From Macrostomum hystrix (taxonomy: Eukaryota; Animalia; Platyhelminthes): a stretch of DNA of 64,000 nucleotides. Position 1 is the first letter of the stretch; every line of letters starts with the position of its first letter. Below, one piece after another: positions 51,495 to 62,400 of this stretch. Location of the stretch: assembly GCA_950097015.1 (NCBI GenBank), contig CATNEN010000003.1, forward strand, positions 6,944,001 to 7,008,000, in the 5' to 3' direction. Below the pieces are notes generated by a model, which was given only the letters and a program-made list of their open reading frames with translations, had not been told where the DNA came from and did not search any database. A program made the translations under genes and the position numbers.

Positions 51495-51899
51495 TCAGCC
51501 CTGCTGCTGCAAAGCGGCCTCCATTTCAGCCATTGATTTCTCAGTCTTGCTCATACCTGCCATGTTGATGCCGAAGTGTTTGAGATGCTGCTCAAGCTTG
51601 CTATCCAATACCATATTGTCCTCAGCGTATGAGTACACATCGGCGCCTTGAGCACAGATAGTGCCAAGTTTTACAGCTAGCGGATAGCCGGTCTTATCGT
51701 AGTGCTCAACTGCGTGATTGTTACCGCCGGAGCCGTCAAAGTAGCGCCGGCCGCAGTGGATGGCACCGTCGGTCAAGTTAAGCCAGAGATTGTCGCGCTT
51801 GTCACAATTGGCGCACTGCCAACCACTGGGTGGGATTTTAATCCCATTGTCCAGTTGAACTAGCTTAGCAGAGTGCTTGGATTCTTGCAAGTCGGACAT
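51495..51899 (-). CDS. Stand-alone ZnF-UBP (ubiquitin C-terminus-binding) domain protein, 134 aa, paralog of the USP5 zinc finger
   Basis: Intact ORF with upstream acceptor ttttcag (51925), A-rich context aaacaATG, complete ZnF-UBP motif and its own stop. Positions 51567-51888 are 321/322 nt identical to USP5 46934-47255. Confidence 0.75.
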   Translation of the reverse strand: MSDLQESKHSAKLVQLDNGIKIPPSGWQCANCDKRDNLWLNLTDGAIHCGRRYFDGSGGNNHAVEHYDKTGYPLAVKLGTICAQGADVYSYAEDNMVLDSKLEQHLKHFGINMAGMSKTEKSMAEMEAALQQQG

Positions 51900-52742
51900 T
51901 GTTTTGTTTCAAAAAATTATAGATCTGAAAATTTATGGGATTTCTTAAATAATTAGAACGACCTTTGTAACCTTCAAGATAGCTGTTCCTATTGGCGAGA
52001 GCAGTAACTTGATAGTCCATTCACCCGATAGCGACTGTAAGGTAGAAAGAATACTTTGTGGCCAATTTTCAAATTTCTGATTGCAAAGACAATTGAATAC
52101 TACCTTTGTGTCATTGTGTGTCATTATGTGTCATTTCTTAAACAGCTAATATTACCAAATTCAACTGTTAATACATCAATACAATAGGTACAACGTATAC
52201 ATACCTTTGTTGGCTAGTATGCTTAATATTAATAGGTAAAAACTCTTATTTAAGGGATGTAGTAGAAAATGCACTAATAACTGTCTTAATGGGCACTAAA
52301 TGTTTCAGTGGAGTCTGGAATCGAACCTATGACAACACTATCTAGGCTACTACTAATAAGTAGTATAGTAACAGAAAATAAATGGAAACTAAGCGACATG
52401 TGAAGTGAAATGCTACTAAAAAAGTTCTTCAAAAAGCATTTCAATGCATTGAATTTTATTTTAAATAGAAATTCGAGTTCACATTAATAAATGACACATT
52501 TATCGAAAAAATGACATGTTTAAAAATGAAATCTCTGAGCACAAAGCATAACGTTTTTTTAGTTTTTAGCACATATTCTAATTCTTTGGATTCTAACTGC
52601 ATTTCCAGAAAGGGGGGGTTAGATTGGCTAGTTCTAAAATAATATTTTCAAAAATGAGCATTTTATACAAAATTGTGATAGACCAAAATATAGGTTCAAC
52701 AAGTTAATATCTAATTTTTTTTAACAACTAAAAGTGAATTTG

Positions 52743-54197
52743 TTAAACACTCAGATCAATATGCCTCAACCATTTGCACAATAATAGCCTACTACCAGAC
52801 ACTAATCTTCGCCTAGGCTTGTGCAAGTTTACCAGATTCAAAAAGCAAAAATCCGCCAGTCGAACCATATTTAACAGGCTTCTACTGCCTATTAACGGCA
52901 AAAAGCACAGTCTAGCATCCGAGGTGAAATTGCCGCTAGCAATGGCCGATTTTAAATCAGCGCGCAAGCATTCGTGATGAGCCTCGGCTGATTCGGTGAT
53001 TTCTCTAACTAGACTAGCTAGCTTTTTGCCAGCATCAGTAGGCTGGCTGGGTGTTGAACGCACAGCCGACAATAGATCCTGCTGGGTGACGATGCCATGT
53101 CGACGAAGATCGGCTGTGGGCAGCTCGCAGCGACCCCGGTGAACGAACAAGTTGGCCGAGGCAGATAAGAATCGGAGCAGGCCAGTAAGTCTGGAGGAGT
53201 TGAGTCAGACAATCTTACTTATATTTTCCTTAATTTAACTACAATTTAATCAATCCAACATAGTCAACAAAGAGAGCCGACATGATTACACAATCAAATT
53301 TCGTGAGCAAAAAATTATTGGAGGTACGCAAGAAGGGCGATGGTACAAAGCATCAATACCGAAGGACATGTTAACGATGCTTCAATAGTACAAATGTTCG
53401 TTATGGAACCGAGAAACCTGGTATTAAATACTACAAAGGCTTCACTTGGAAAAGTAGAGCTGGATAAAAAATCTAAGAAACTTAAAAAGTGTAGAGATGA
53501 TTTCGTCTACTGGGCCGCGTCGATTGAAAGATTCGAACTTGATACCTTTTTGTTGTTTTAGTAGTATTAAAGCAAATAAAGATTTAGCTCCGTCTTACCT
53601 CCCAGCGTGACTAGCAGCCGAATAGGCTGTTGGACAAGCTTCCTTAGTAACGCCCGACGCGTGAAGCATAGAATAATAGACAGGAGAGAATGCGGCCTCA
53701 CAGTAGCGATGCAGCTCGGCCATATCTGAGCACACCCGGCCGTCTAAGTAGCGCTCTCTAGCAACTAGCAGTTTCTCTAGATAGTGTCTGGGCAGACGAT
53801 TACTGCGCACCACCTTCTCCAGTTCTCGAACTACAGGATATTCTCCTGGAACTATCTGACTAGAAGCTGTTGAAGATTCGCCGTCAGAATTTGTCGACTC
53901 GGCGTAGATTAAATCGAGACAGTCGCGCCAATAGCGCATTCTCATCTGGGCCAACTGTGCATCGGCGTTAGAGTCTCTAATCTGTGCCAATTCGATGCTG
54001 TAGGCGCTAACAGCAATGGCACAGCGCCTAATGGAGCTGGGCATTAGCAAAGCGCATGAATGAAAATGGCCATCTGCTAGGCGCACTACATTGGAACAAT
54101 ACTCGCTTGGATTCGGATACTGAGAATCTGGTTGGGTTGCTAGGTGACGAGTGGCATGCCTAGCAACATATATAAGTCTAGTTAATTTGATGATAGC
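52743..54197 (-). CDS. NDUFAF6: NADH dehydrogenase complex I assembly factor 6 (squalene/phytoene synthase fold); exons 53599-54197 (or -54177) and 52743-53190
   Basis: YC..VVR.AD....CALLMP, ELAQIRD, MRMRYWRD, PVVREL, AASHAG, LP..LRRHGI..QD match NDUFAF6. Arg-rich, acid-free N-terminal presequence. Phase-2 GT-AG intron. Start codon source uncertain. Confidence 0.87.
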
Positions 54198-55154
54198 CTG
54201 AAATAATTATTAGTTGTTAAGGTTAAGTTAGTTTTTTAACATACAAGTAAACTGTGTAATTAATCAGCTTATTATTAGAAAAATTGATTACTAGTTAATA
54301 ATTTAAATGTCTAAAAATATGGGCCTCACCTTAACATTCAGATACCTCAACTCAACTTGTCAACTCAGCTGATGCCAAAGGACTGGCCAACAAAGGCCGA
54401 TCAACTGAGGCCTAGAAAGCTTGTCTCAAACACAAACTGGGCTAAACCATGAAAGAGGCTAATAAAGTCTAAGTCATAGCACCCACCCTATACCGACTAG
54501 GCTATTCTAAGGTATCCAAAAGGCCAGTTTATAGAAGCCTTGAAAGTAGAGTGGTGGGACCCTTTAGGGAGGCCACTGCAACAGCTGGAGCAGAAACCAT
54601 AGTACAACCAATGGCAGAGAATGTGGAGAGTCTCCTTGGGGGGCAAGACCTTTGCTACCAAAGCCAAAGCTGTTAAGAGTAAAAAAAATTTAAAACATGT
54701 AATTGAGATAGGGCCCAATTTATACAATTCCTAGAAACCATTCCCTGCGAAAATTTAGTATTTTGTTTAACTTTACATAAAATTTGCTTGAATGCACCAA
54801 TTTGTTTAATCACACTGAAAATGAAAGGTTTTAATGAAGTTGCGGAGGTGAGGAGGAGGAGAAGTTTTAGTATAAATACACACAAGCGAAAGAGAGAAGA
54901 AATTAACCCTTGTTTGAGACAGAGTTCAGAAAAAAGAAAGCTTGAATCTTGAAGTGATCGTGTTGAAGTTATTTGAAAGAGACATTGCGAAAGAAAAGTA
55001 AACAGACTACAGAGTAAAGGAGAGCTGTAAATCTAGATCCACTGATAAAAGCCCAAGATGGACTGAAGATTGAATTAAAGATTGATTGAAGAGTAATTGA
55101 ATAGTGATAAAAACGTATAAAGAGTGATAAAGAATGATAAAAGAGGGATAAAGA

Positions 55155-55498
55155 GGTCCCAGGTCATTTCGGTGACAAGACATTTCGGTGACATCGTTTT
55201 GGTGACAAAATGGGTCAGTTTGGTGACAACTATTCTTGCACCTGAATATGCTTAGGAAACAGCCTTCCAGTTCCATGTGCGTAGAAAACAGCCTTCCATG
55301 TGAACTACGCACACCTATTAAGTATTATTAAATAATGATGAATAATAATGATTAGTTCACATGGAAGGCTGTTTTCTAAGCATATTCAGGTGCAAGAATA
55401 GTTGTCATTAAACTGACCAATTCTGTCACCGAAACGACTTGAGTTGTCACCGAAATGACTGTCACCGAAATGTCTTGTCACCGAAATGACCTGGGACC
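55155..55498. mobile_element. Non-autonomous DNA transposon (MITE/foldback type), 344 bp, long TIRs, 8-bp TSD
   Basis: Termini GGTCCCAGGTCATTTCGGTGACA ... TGTCACCGAAATGACCTGGGACC, internal inverted arms, and flanking direct repeat GATAAAGA (55147-55154 and 55499-55506). Confidence 0.9.
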
Positions 55499-57727
55499 GA
55501 TAAAGACTGTTAAAGAGTACTTGCAGAAATAATACAGCAAGGTTATAAGTAAAAGTAAATAGAGAGGATAAATATCATCCATATAAGGCTACCATATTAA
55601 ATACATAAATGCTAGGCCTACCAATTTCAATTGAAATAAGAAGTGCATAATTAAAGACATTCATAAGATCGATATAAAGACAGTATTTGAATAAAGTGTA
55701 CATAAGCAGTACAACAACTTTGGTGGCATTATTAGAATTAAGAGTTTAGTAAGAAAGATAGCCCTACAACATAATGTAGTAAAAAGAGGGTATTAAATCA
55801 AAATAACAAAAAATATATATAGGCAAATGTTTATAACACACAACTATTTACTTTTTAATAATCTAGCTATTAACCCTGGGATATACGATCAAGACTTAGG
55901 CCTAGGCCTACTACAAAAATAATTGAACGTTAATATTTAACAATCCTATTTTTGTATTCACAAATTAAAACATTATTAAGATATTTAGTAATGATTGATA
56001 TAATTGTAAAATTTTCATGATTTAATAATATTTATTATAGACAGGCCTATGCTTAAAGGGCCTCAATTTTAAAGAAAATGTAGATTAGGCCTTAGGCCTA
56101 TATTAAAAAGTATTGCACATAGGCCAGCAACTAAAGCATCATTAATTTGCTCCAGCCAAACTAAACCTAGGCCTAATTAGGCCCTATAATTTAAGTTTGG
56201 AGCATCAGAACTTGGGGAGATTTTGATGCCTAAGCTATAGGCACTAGCCTAGCCTTTAACTCTAATCATAGCAAAAATAAAAATGTGAAAGGCCCTAAAT
56301 TTACAGCAACAAATACATTGGATTAGAGGGATATAGTAACATTAACATTGCGACCGTCTCTAAAATATGTTAAAGTAAAAGTAAAAGTATGTATAGTAAA
56401 ATGAATATTTGTGATTTGCTTAAGTCAAGACATCTGGTCAGTGTTGGTCACTTGAGCATTTTTGACAAACAATTGTCTAACATAGAATGCGTTTCCCAAA
56501 CATGACCATGTAGCTATTTGCCAATCACAACGTATTTAGTTAATATAGTTAGAGGACTAGATATTGTGAAGAACTTATTTATATAATCTATGCAGGGTTC
56601 CACTGCACAATGTGTAGTTCGGTAACAGGCAGACAATAGAACCTGATAATTCAGACATTTTTCGAAACAATCGCTCCCGATTTTAACAAAAGAACCACAT
56701 AAAGCTTTTAAAAGCTGGCTTTAAAAGAATCTCTTACGCAACTTGTCTGCTTGATTGAAGTTAATATACTCTATTTTATGCTGCCATTTATAATTTACTC
56801 TACTCTAAACTAAACTTGAAGATTTAGATTCTGATATATCTGATATATTTACATGTAAATTACATGCAATTGCTATTACATTGTTCCTAGCACTACTAAA
56901 CACCATATTCCAAATAAAATTTTAGTCTGATTCCTACACAAAGCATAGCTTTTTCAAGACGCCTGCAACTTCTGAAGTGTGCTTTGCTGTTTTCACTTCA
57001 ACGAGGGCTGCGTATTATGCGAAACACAGTATATCGTGATCAAAATCTCTACATTTTTCTATTGTCGCATCTCCAAATAAAGTTTGCGTTTGATTTTTGA
57101 TTAAATGAATAAAAATTTATTAGCAGGATAGTTAAGTTGTGAAGTCGGTGTGAAGCGAAAACTCAGGTGCTATCGCAATACCCTGGGATCGCTGGTACAG
57201 AGCAAGAAGTGCAATGGAGGCTCCAAACAACCTCTCACACCCGCATTTTATTCGCTGTCTTCCTCTCGTATTCAGCTGGATGAGACGATATGTAAGGCCC
57301 ACACACCCCTCTCGGGCAAGGTCTTTTGATTAGCTCTAATTGGCCCTTCATGCGTTGAGAAAGAAAACTAAAGAAAGAAAGCAACAATTAGTTCTAGCTA
57401 ATAATGCATTGGAATAAAAATAAATCTACAGTGTATACTCGTATGCGAGTAAAAAATTGAAATTTACAATAGATAGTGAATCAATTGGCTTCATGCGATT
57501 GGCACAGGAAACTAAAAACAAGGCAAAATTAGCCAATGAAATATATAGATCGATTATTAAAAAACCAGTGATCAACACTTGTGCAAAATGTTTCACAATG
57601 TTTCACATGTGAGCCATAAAAAAATAAAATATTCAGCGAAATGTGAGCAAAAAATGCTATACAGCGAATTCTGACAGGAAGTTTATAGCATCTTCAGTAA
57701 AAAATCGGTTATGAGACACGATAAAGA

Positions 57728-59300
57728 TGACACAGGGGGGAGATAAGAGAGGGCAGAGATGAGACAGGAAGAGATGAGAGCAGGGGAGAGATGAGACAGG
57801 GAGAGATGAGACAGGGGAGAGATGAGACAGGGGATAGATGAGACAGCGGAGAGATGTGACAGGGGAGAGATGAGACAGGGGATAGACGAGACAGCGGAGA
57901 GATGTGACAGGGGAGAGATGAGACAGTGTGAGAGATGAGAACAGGGGAGAGATGAGACAGTGGGAGGGATGTGACAGTGTGAGAGATGAGAACATGGGAG
58001 AGATGAGACAGTGGGAGGGATGAGACAGTGGGAGAGATGAGACAGGGAGAGATGAGATCAGGGGAGAGATGAGACAGGGAGAGATAAGACAGGGGAGAGA
58101 TGAGACAGGGGAGAGATGAGACAGGGGAGAGATGAGACAGCGGAGAGATGTGACAGGGGAGAGATGAGACAGTGGGAGAGATGAGACAGGGAGAGATGAG
58201 ACAGGGGAGAGATGAGACAGCGGAGAGATGTGACAGGGGAGAGATGAGACAGTGGGAGAGATGAGACAGGGAGAGATGAGATAGGGGAGAGATAAGACGG
58301 GGGAGAGATGAGACAGGAAGAGATGAGAACAGGGGAGAGATGAGACAGGGGTGAGATGAGACAGGGAGAGATGAGACAGGGGAGAGATGAGAACAGGGGA
58401 GAGATGAGACAGGGGAGAGATGAGACAGGGAGAGATGAGATCAGGGGAGAGATGAGACAGGGAGAGATAAGACAGGGGAGAGATGAGACAGGGGAGAGAT
58501 GAGACAGGGGAGAGATGAGACAGCGGAGAGATGTGACAGGGGAGAGATGAGACAGTGGGAGAGATGAGACAGGGAGAGATGAGACAGGGGAGAGATGAGA
58601 CAGCGGAGAGATGTGACAGGGGAGAGATGAGACAGTGGGAGAGATGAGACAGGGAGAGATGAGATAGGGGAGAGATAAGACGGGGGAGAGATGAGAACAG
58701 GGGAGAGATAAGACAGGGGAGAGATAAGACAGGAAGAGATGAGACAGGGGAGAGATGAGACAGGAAAGAGATGTGACAGGGGAGAGATGAGACAGTGGGA
58801 GAGATGAGACAGGGAGAGATGAGATAGGGGAGAGATAAGACAGGGGAGAGATGAGACAGGAAGAGATGAGAACAGGGGAGAGATGAGACAGGGGAGAGAT
58901 GAGACAGGAAGAGATGAGAACAGGGGAGAGATGAGACAGGGGAGAGATGAGACAGGGAGAGATGTGACAGGGGAGAGATGAGAACAGGGGAGAGATGAGA
59001 CAGGGGAGAGATGAGACAGTGGGAGAGATGAGACAGGGAGAGATGAGAACAGGGGAGAGATAAGACAGGGGAGAGATGAGACAGGAAGAGATGAGAACAG
59101 GGGAGAGATGAGACAGGAAGAGATGAGAACAGGGGAGAGATGAGACAGAGGAGAGATGAGACAGGAAGAGATGAGAACAGGGGAGAGATGAGACAGGGGA
59201 GAGATGAGACAGGGAGAGATGAGAAAGGGAGAGATGTGACAGGGGAGAGATGATGCTCGGGAGAGATAAGACAGGAAGAGAGATGAGACAGGGAAGAGAT
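57728..59300. repeat. GA-rich compound minisatellite (GAGATGAGACAGGG(G)A variants)
   Basis: Tandem 16-18-bp variant units with larger duplicated blocks. Confidence 0.95.
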
Positions 59301-59489
59301 AAGAAACGGAGAAGGTAGGACAGGGTTGAATAGAGGTTTTGGAATTGGGGCCAAGGGCCGGCTTTAGGAGCTTCGAGGACCGGACCTGCCCACGGGTCGC
59401 CAGCCTCTATAAAAAAGATCAAATCAGTCACAGCAAACAAATAGCACAAAGAACAACAAAGTGACGTCACTTTTATTAAGCACAAACGA

Positions 59490-62400
59490 TTAGACTGAAG
59501 TCGAAATAGAACTAGATCCACCAAATGCTGGCATTTTGATGAGCAGACGAGGTAGCTGCGACGAAGTTATAGATGCAGTAGTCCTCAAGCACTGCTGCTG
59601 CTGCTGCTCTTGCTGTTCTTGCTGCTCCATTCTAGGACAACTATCTTCCCCAGTTTTCCTGCACCTGGCCCTACGATTCTTAAACCAGAGCCGGACATTC
59701 TTGGCCTGCATTAGACGGCGCTCGTGCCTACGAAACGGCATCGAATTGATTTCGTCGGCGATGCGGCGACAATCAGCCGCAGTAGGATGGGCGTTGGCGG
59801 CGAAGTACTTCTCTAATTGGGGAATCTCGGTGTGCGGATCGATGAACAGGCGGCAACGGACGCCCGGGAACTGCTGCTGCTGCTGCTGCTGTGATGTCAA
59901 TGAGGGACAATGAGGGATTGGTGTTCAGGAAAAAACCAATGTGTTCAGCCACTGAATTCCTCATCGTAAGTATGCACTTTCACAAGGGCGACAAGCCCCA
60001 AGCTTTCCCTCCGCGGCTGCGCCCCAAATAAATGTGACCTCGCCGCGGAATCGAGATAATATACGACAGCACCACAAAACAAAAACCTCAAATGAATTTC
60101 CTGGCGATGGTGGCAGTCTCGCAGCTTCAGTTTGAATGATAAGTTGTACTATCTGCAGCTCAGACAGTCGCTGAAGATTTTCCAGATGCGACTTGACGAC
60201 GCTTTCAACGGACTGGACGTCCAAGTCTTCCAGCTCAGCATTGTATTCCACTTCGGTGCTGTCCATTGCGTTGGCGTCTAAGGATTAAATGAGAGCGAAT
60301 CATTGTTTACTTGGACAGGTTTTCACATGTTAGACAGGTTTTCACATGTTAGACAGGTTAGCACCTGTTAAACAGGTTAGCACCTGTTACTCAGGTTAGC
60401 ACCTGTTACACAGGTTAGTACCTGTTACACAGGTTAGCACCTGTTGCACATGTTAGCACCTGTTACACAGGTTAGCACCTGTTACACAGGTTAGCACCTG
60501 TTACACAGGTTAGCACCTGTTACACAGGTTAGCACCTGTTACACAGGTTAGCACCTGTTACACAGGTTAGCACCTGTTACACAGGATAGCCCCTGTTACA
60601 CAGGTTAGCACCTGTTAGATAGTTTAGCACCTGTTACACAGGTTAGCACCTATTACACAGGTTAGCCCCTGTTACACAGGTTAGCACCTGTTAGATAGTT
60701 TAGCACCTGTTACGCAGGTTAGCACCTGATTGATAGTTTAGCACCTGTTACACAGGTTAGCACCTGTTAGAAAGGTTAGAAACTGTTAGACATGTTAGCA
60801 CCTGTTAGACATGTTAGAACCTGTTAGACATGTTAGAACTTGTACTTGTTACACAGGTTGCCAAATAACTTCAACGTACCTTTATCGCCTAAGTCATCAA
60901 CCTCCGAAGTGGCATCCGCAGACGTTGATAGTTGACAAAGTTGATGTCGCCATTCGGCTAGATCAACTAGCGACGACTCAGCCAGATTGAAGTCGATTGA
61001 AGAGCCTCGGCGTAGTGTTGCTAAGCATTGTGAGAGCTCCGACTGTAGAATGGTTAGGGTTTGAGCTTTTCATTTGTTTTTTCTACCTAGAAAGCTCAAT
61101 TATTTGGGGTAGCTATAGGAAGAAATCGCCAATATCGTTCCCAAATTTGCTTTAAAATCTTCCCATTCGCAAGTCAAAATCCCAATTGATACATGTACCA
61201 AGTAAAAATTCCGGTTGAAGAGCATAATATCAGGTGTTAATAGTAGAACTACCAAGCCATTTCCCGCCCCTAGAAATTTTTTTGGCAGCGCCTGAATGCT
61301 AACAGCGTTAGATGATGACTGATTGGTTGACAGACTAGACGATAGTGTGCTGTGGTTGAGCTGAACCTATAGTATTTAGGCTTGATGAGTGAAATTGGAG
61401 AAATTCGCGTCAGGGTGTCCACAGTGGCCTAGTTCCACCTGTTGTAGCCCTTAAAGTTCCACCAAATCCGTCTAGGTAGGTGACCACCGAAGATGGAGAT
61501 GATGCAGGTACATTCGGGTGACATGCTGATAAATTTTGAAGGCCTGGCAAGGCCACACTGGGCGCTGATAAATTTGTGTATAGGGGTGTATGAAATACAC
61601 TAGCGCTTATGGGAAAAATCTGACCTTCGGCCATTGACGGTCTGAAGAGCTGGTGACTTGATTCTTGTTTCAGAAGATGTGCAAGTTAAAGAAGTTAAAG
61701 AAGATTTTTAACATCCAGAAGATGTTAAAAAACGCTACTAACACGCTACAGATTATAAGCTAGAAAACGGGTATTTGACTCTAGTCTGAGGTTCACCTCG
61801 TCCAATGGACATCCGGCCAGTCTGAGCCAGTAGGCCTGACGCGCTTCGTCATCCGTGTGTCGCGGCAGCAATGACCGAATGAGAGTCTGGGCGGAGGCTG
61901 GCGACAAGGGCTCGCGACTGGATCTGGAGTAGATAGATTTTGTTGATTGATTGATTGATTAGTAATTGATCAGGCAAAACAGATATAATCTATACTTACG
62001 GTGGCAGTCGAATGAGCAGCACAGCAATATTGCTAACGTTGCCTAGAAGCGAATGCACCATTGTAGCATGAGGATTTGAGCAGATCTCAGCCAGTGATAG
62101 CGTCTTCCAACCGGGCATTACAATTTTGGCTGTGAAATTGAAGCAGTTGATGAAAATCAGGATTATGAATGATTACACCTGCCCCAATCAGGCCAGATGT
62201 GCAGCCGACAGCACAACCACAGCTATTCCGCGGCGCATCTGGAGGCTGTTCAGTCCATGGACTGGGGGGACGCCACACCCTCTCTCAATTGCTTTAGCGA
62301 AAGCTGATACCCATTTTACAACTGGTTGTTGAATGTCTTGCAAAAGGACAGATATTAATTCAGCCGAGTCGGAAATCGAATCACCGACCTTTAAGTCACC

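Noticed and set aside
57657-59524. 565-aa and 488-aa Ser/Leu/Pro ORFs
   Set aside because: Pyrimidine-rich strand of a GA minisatellite that lacks stops by composition.
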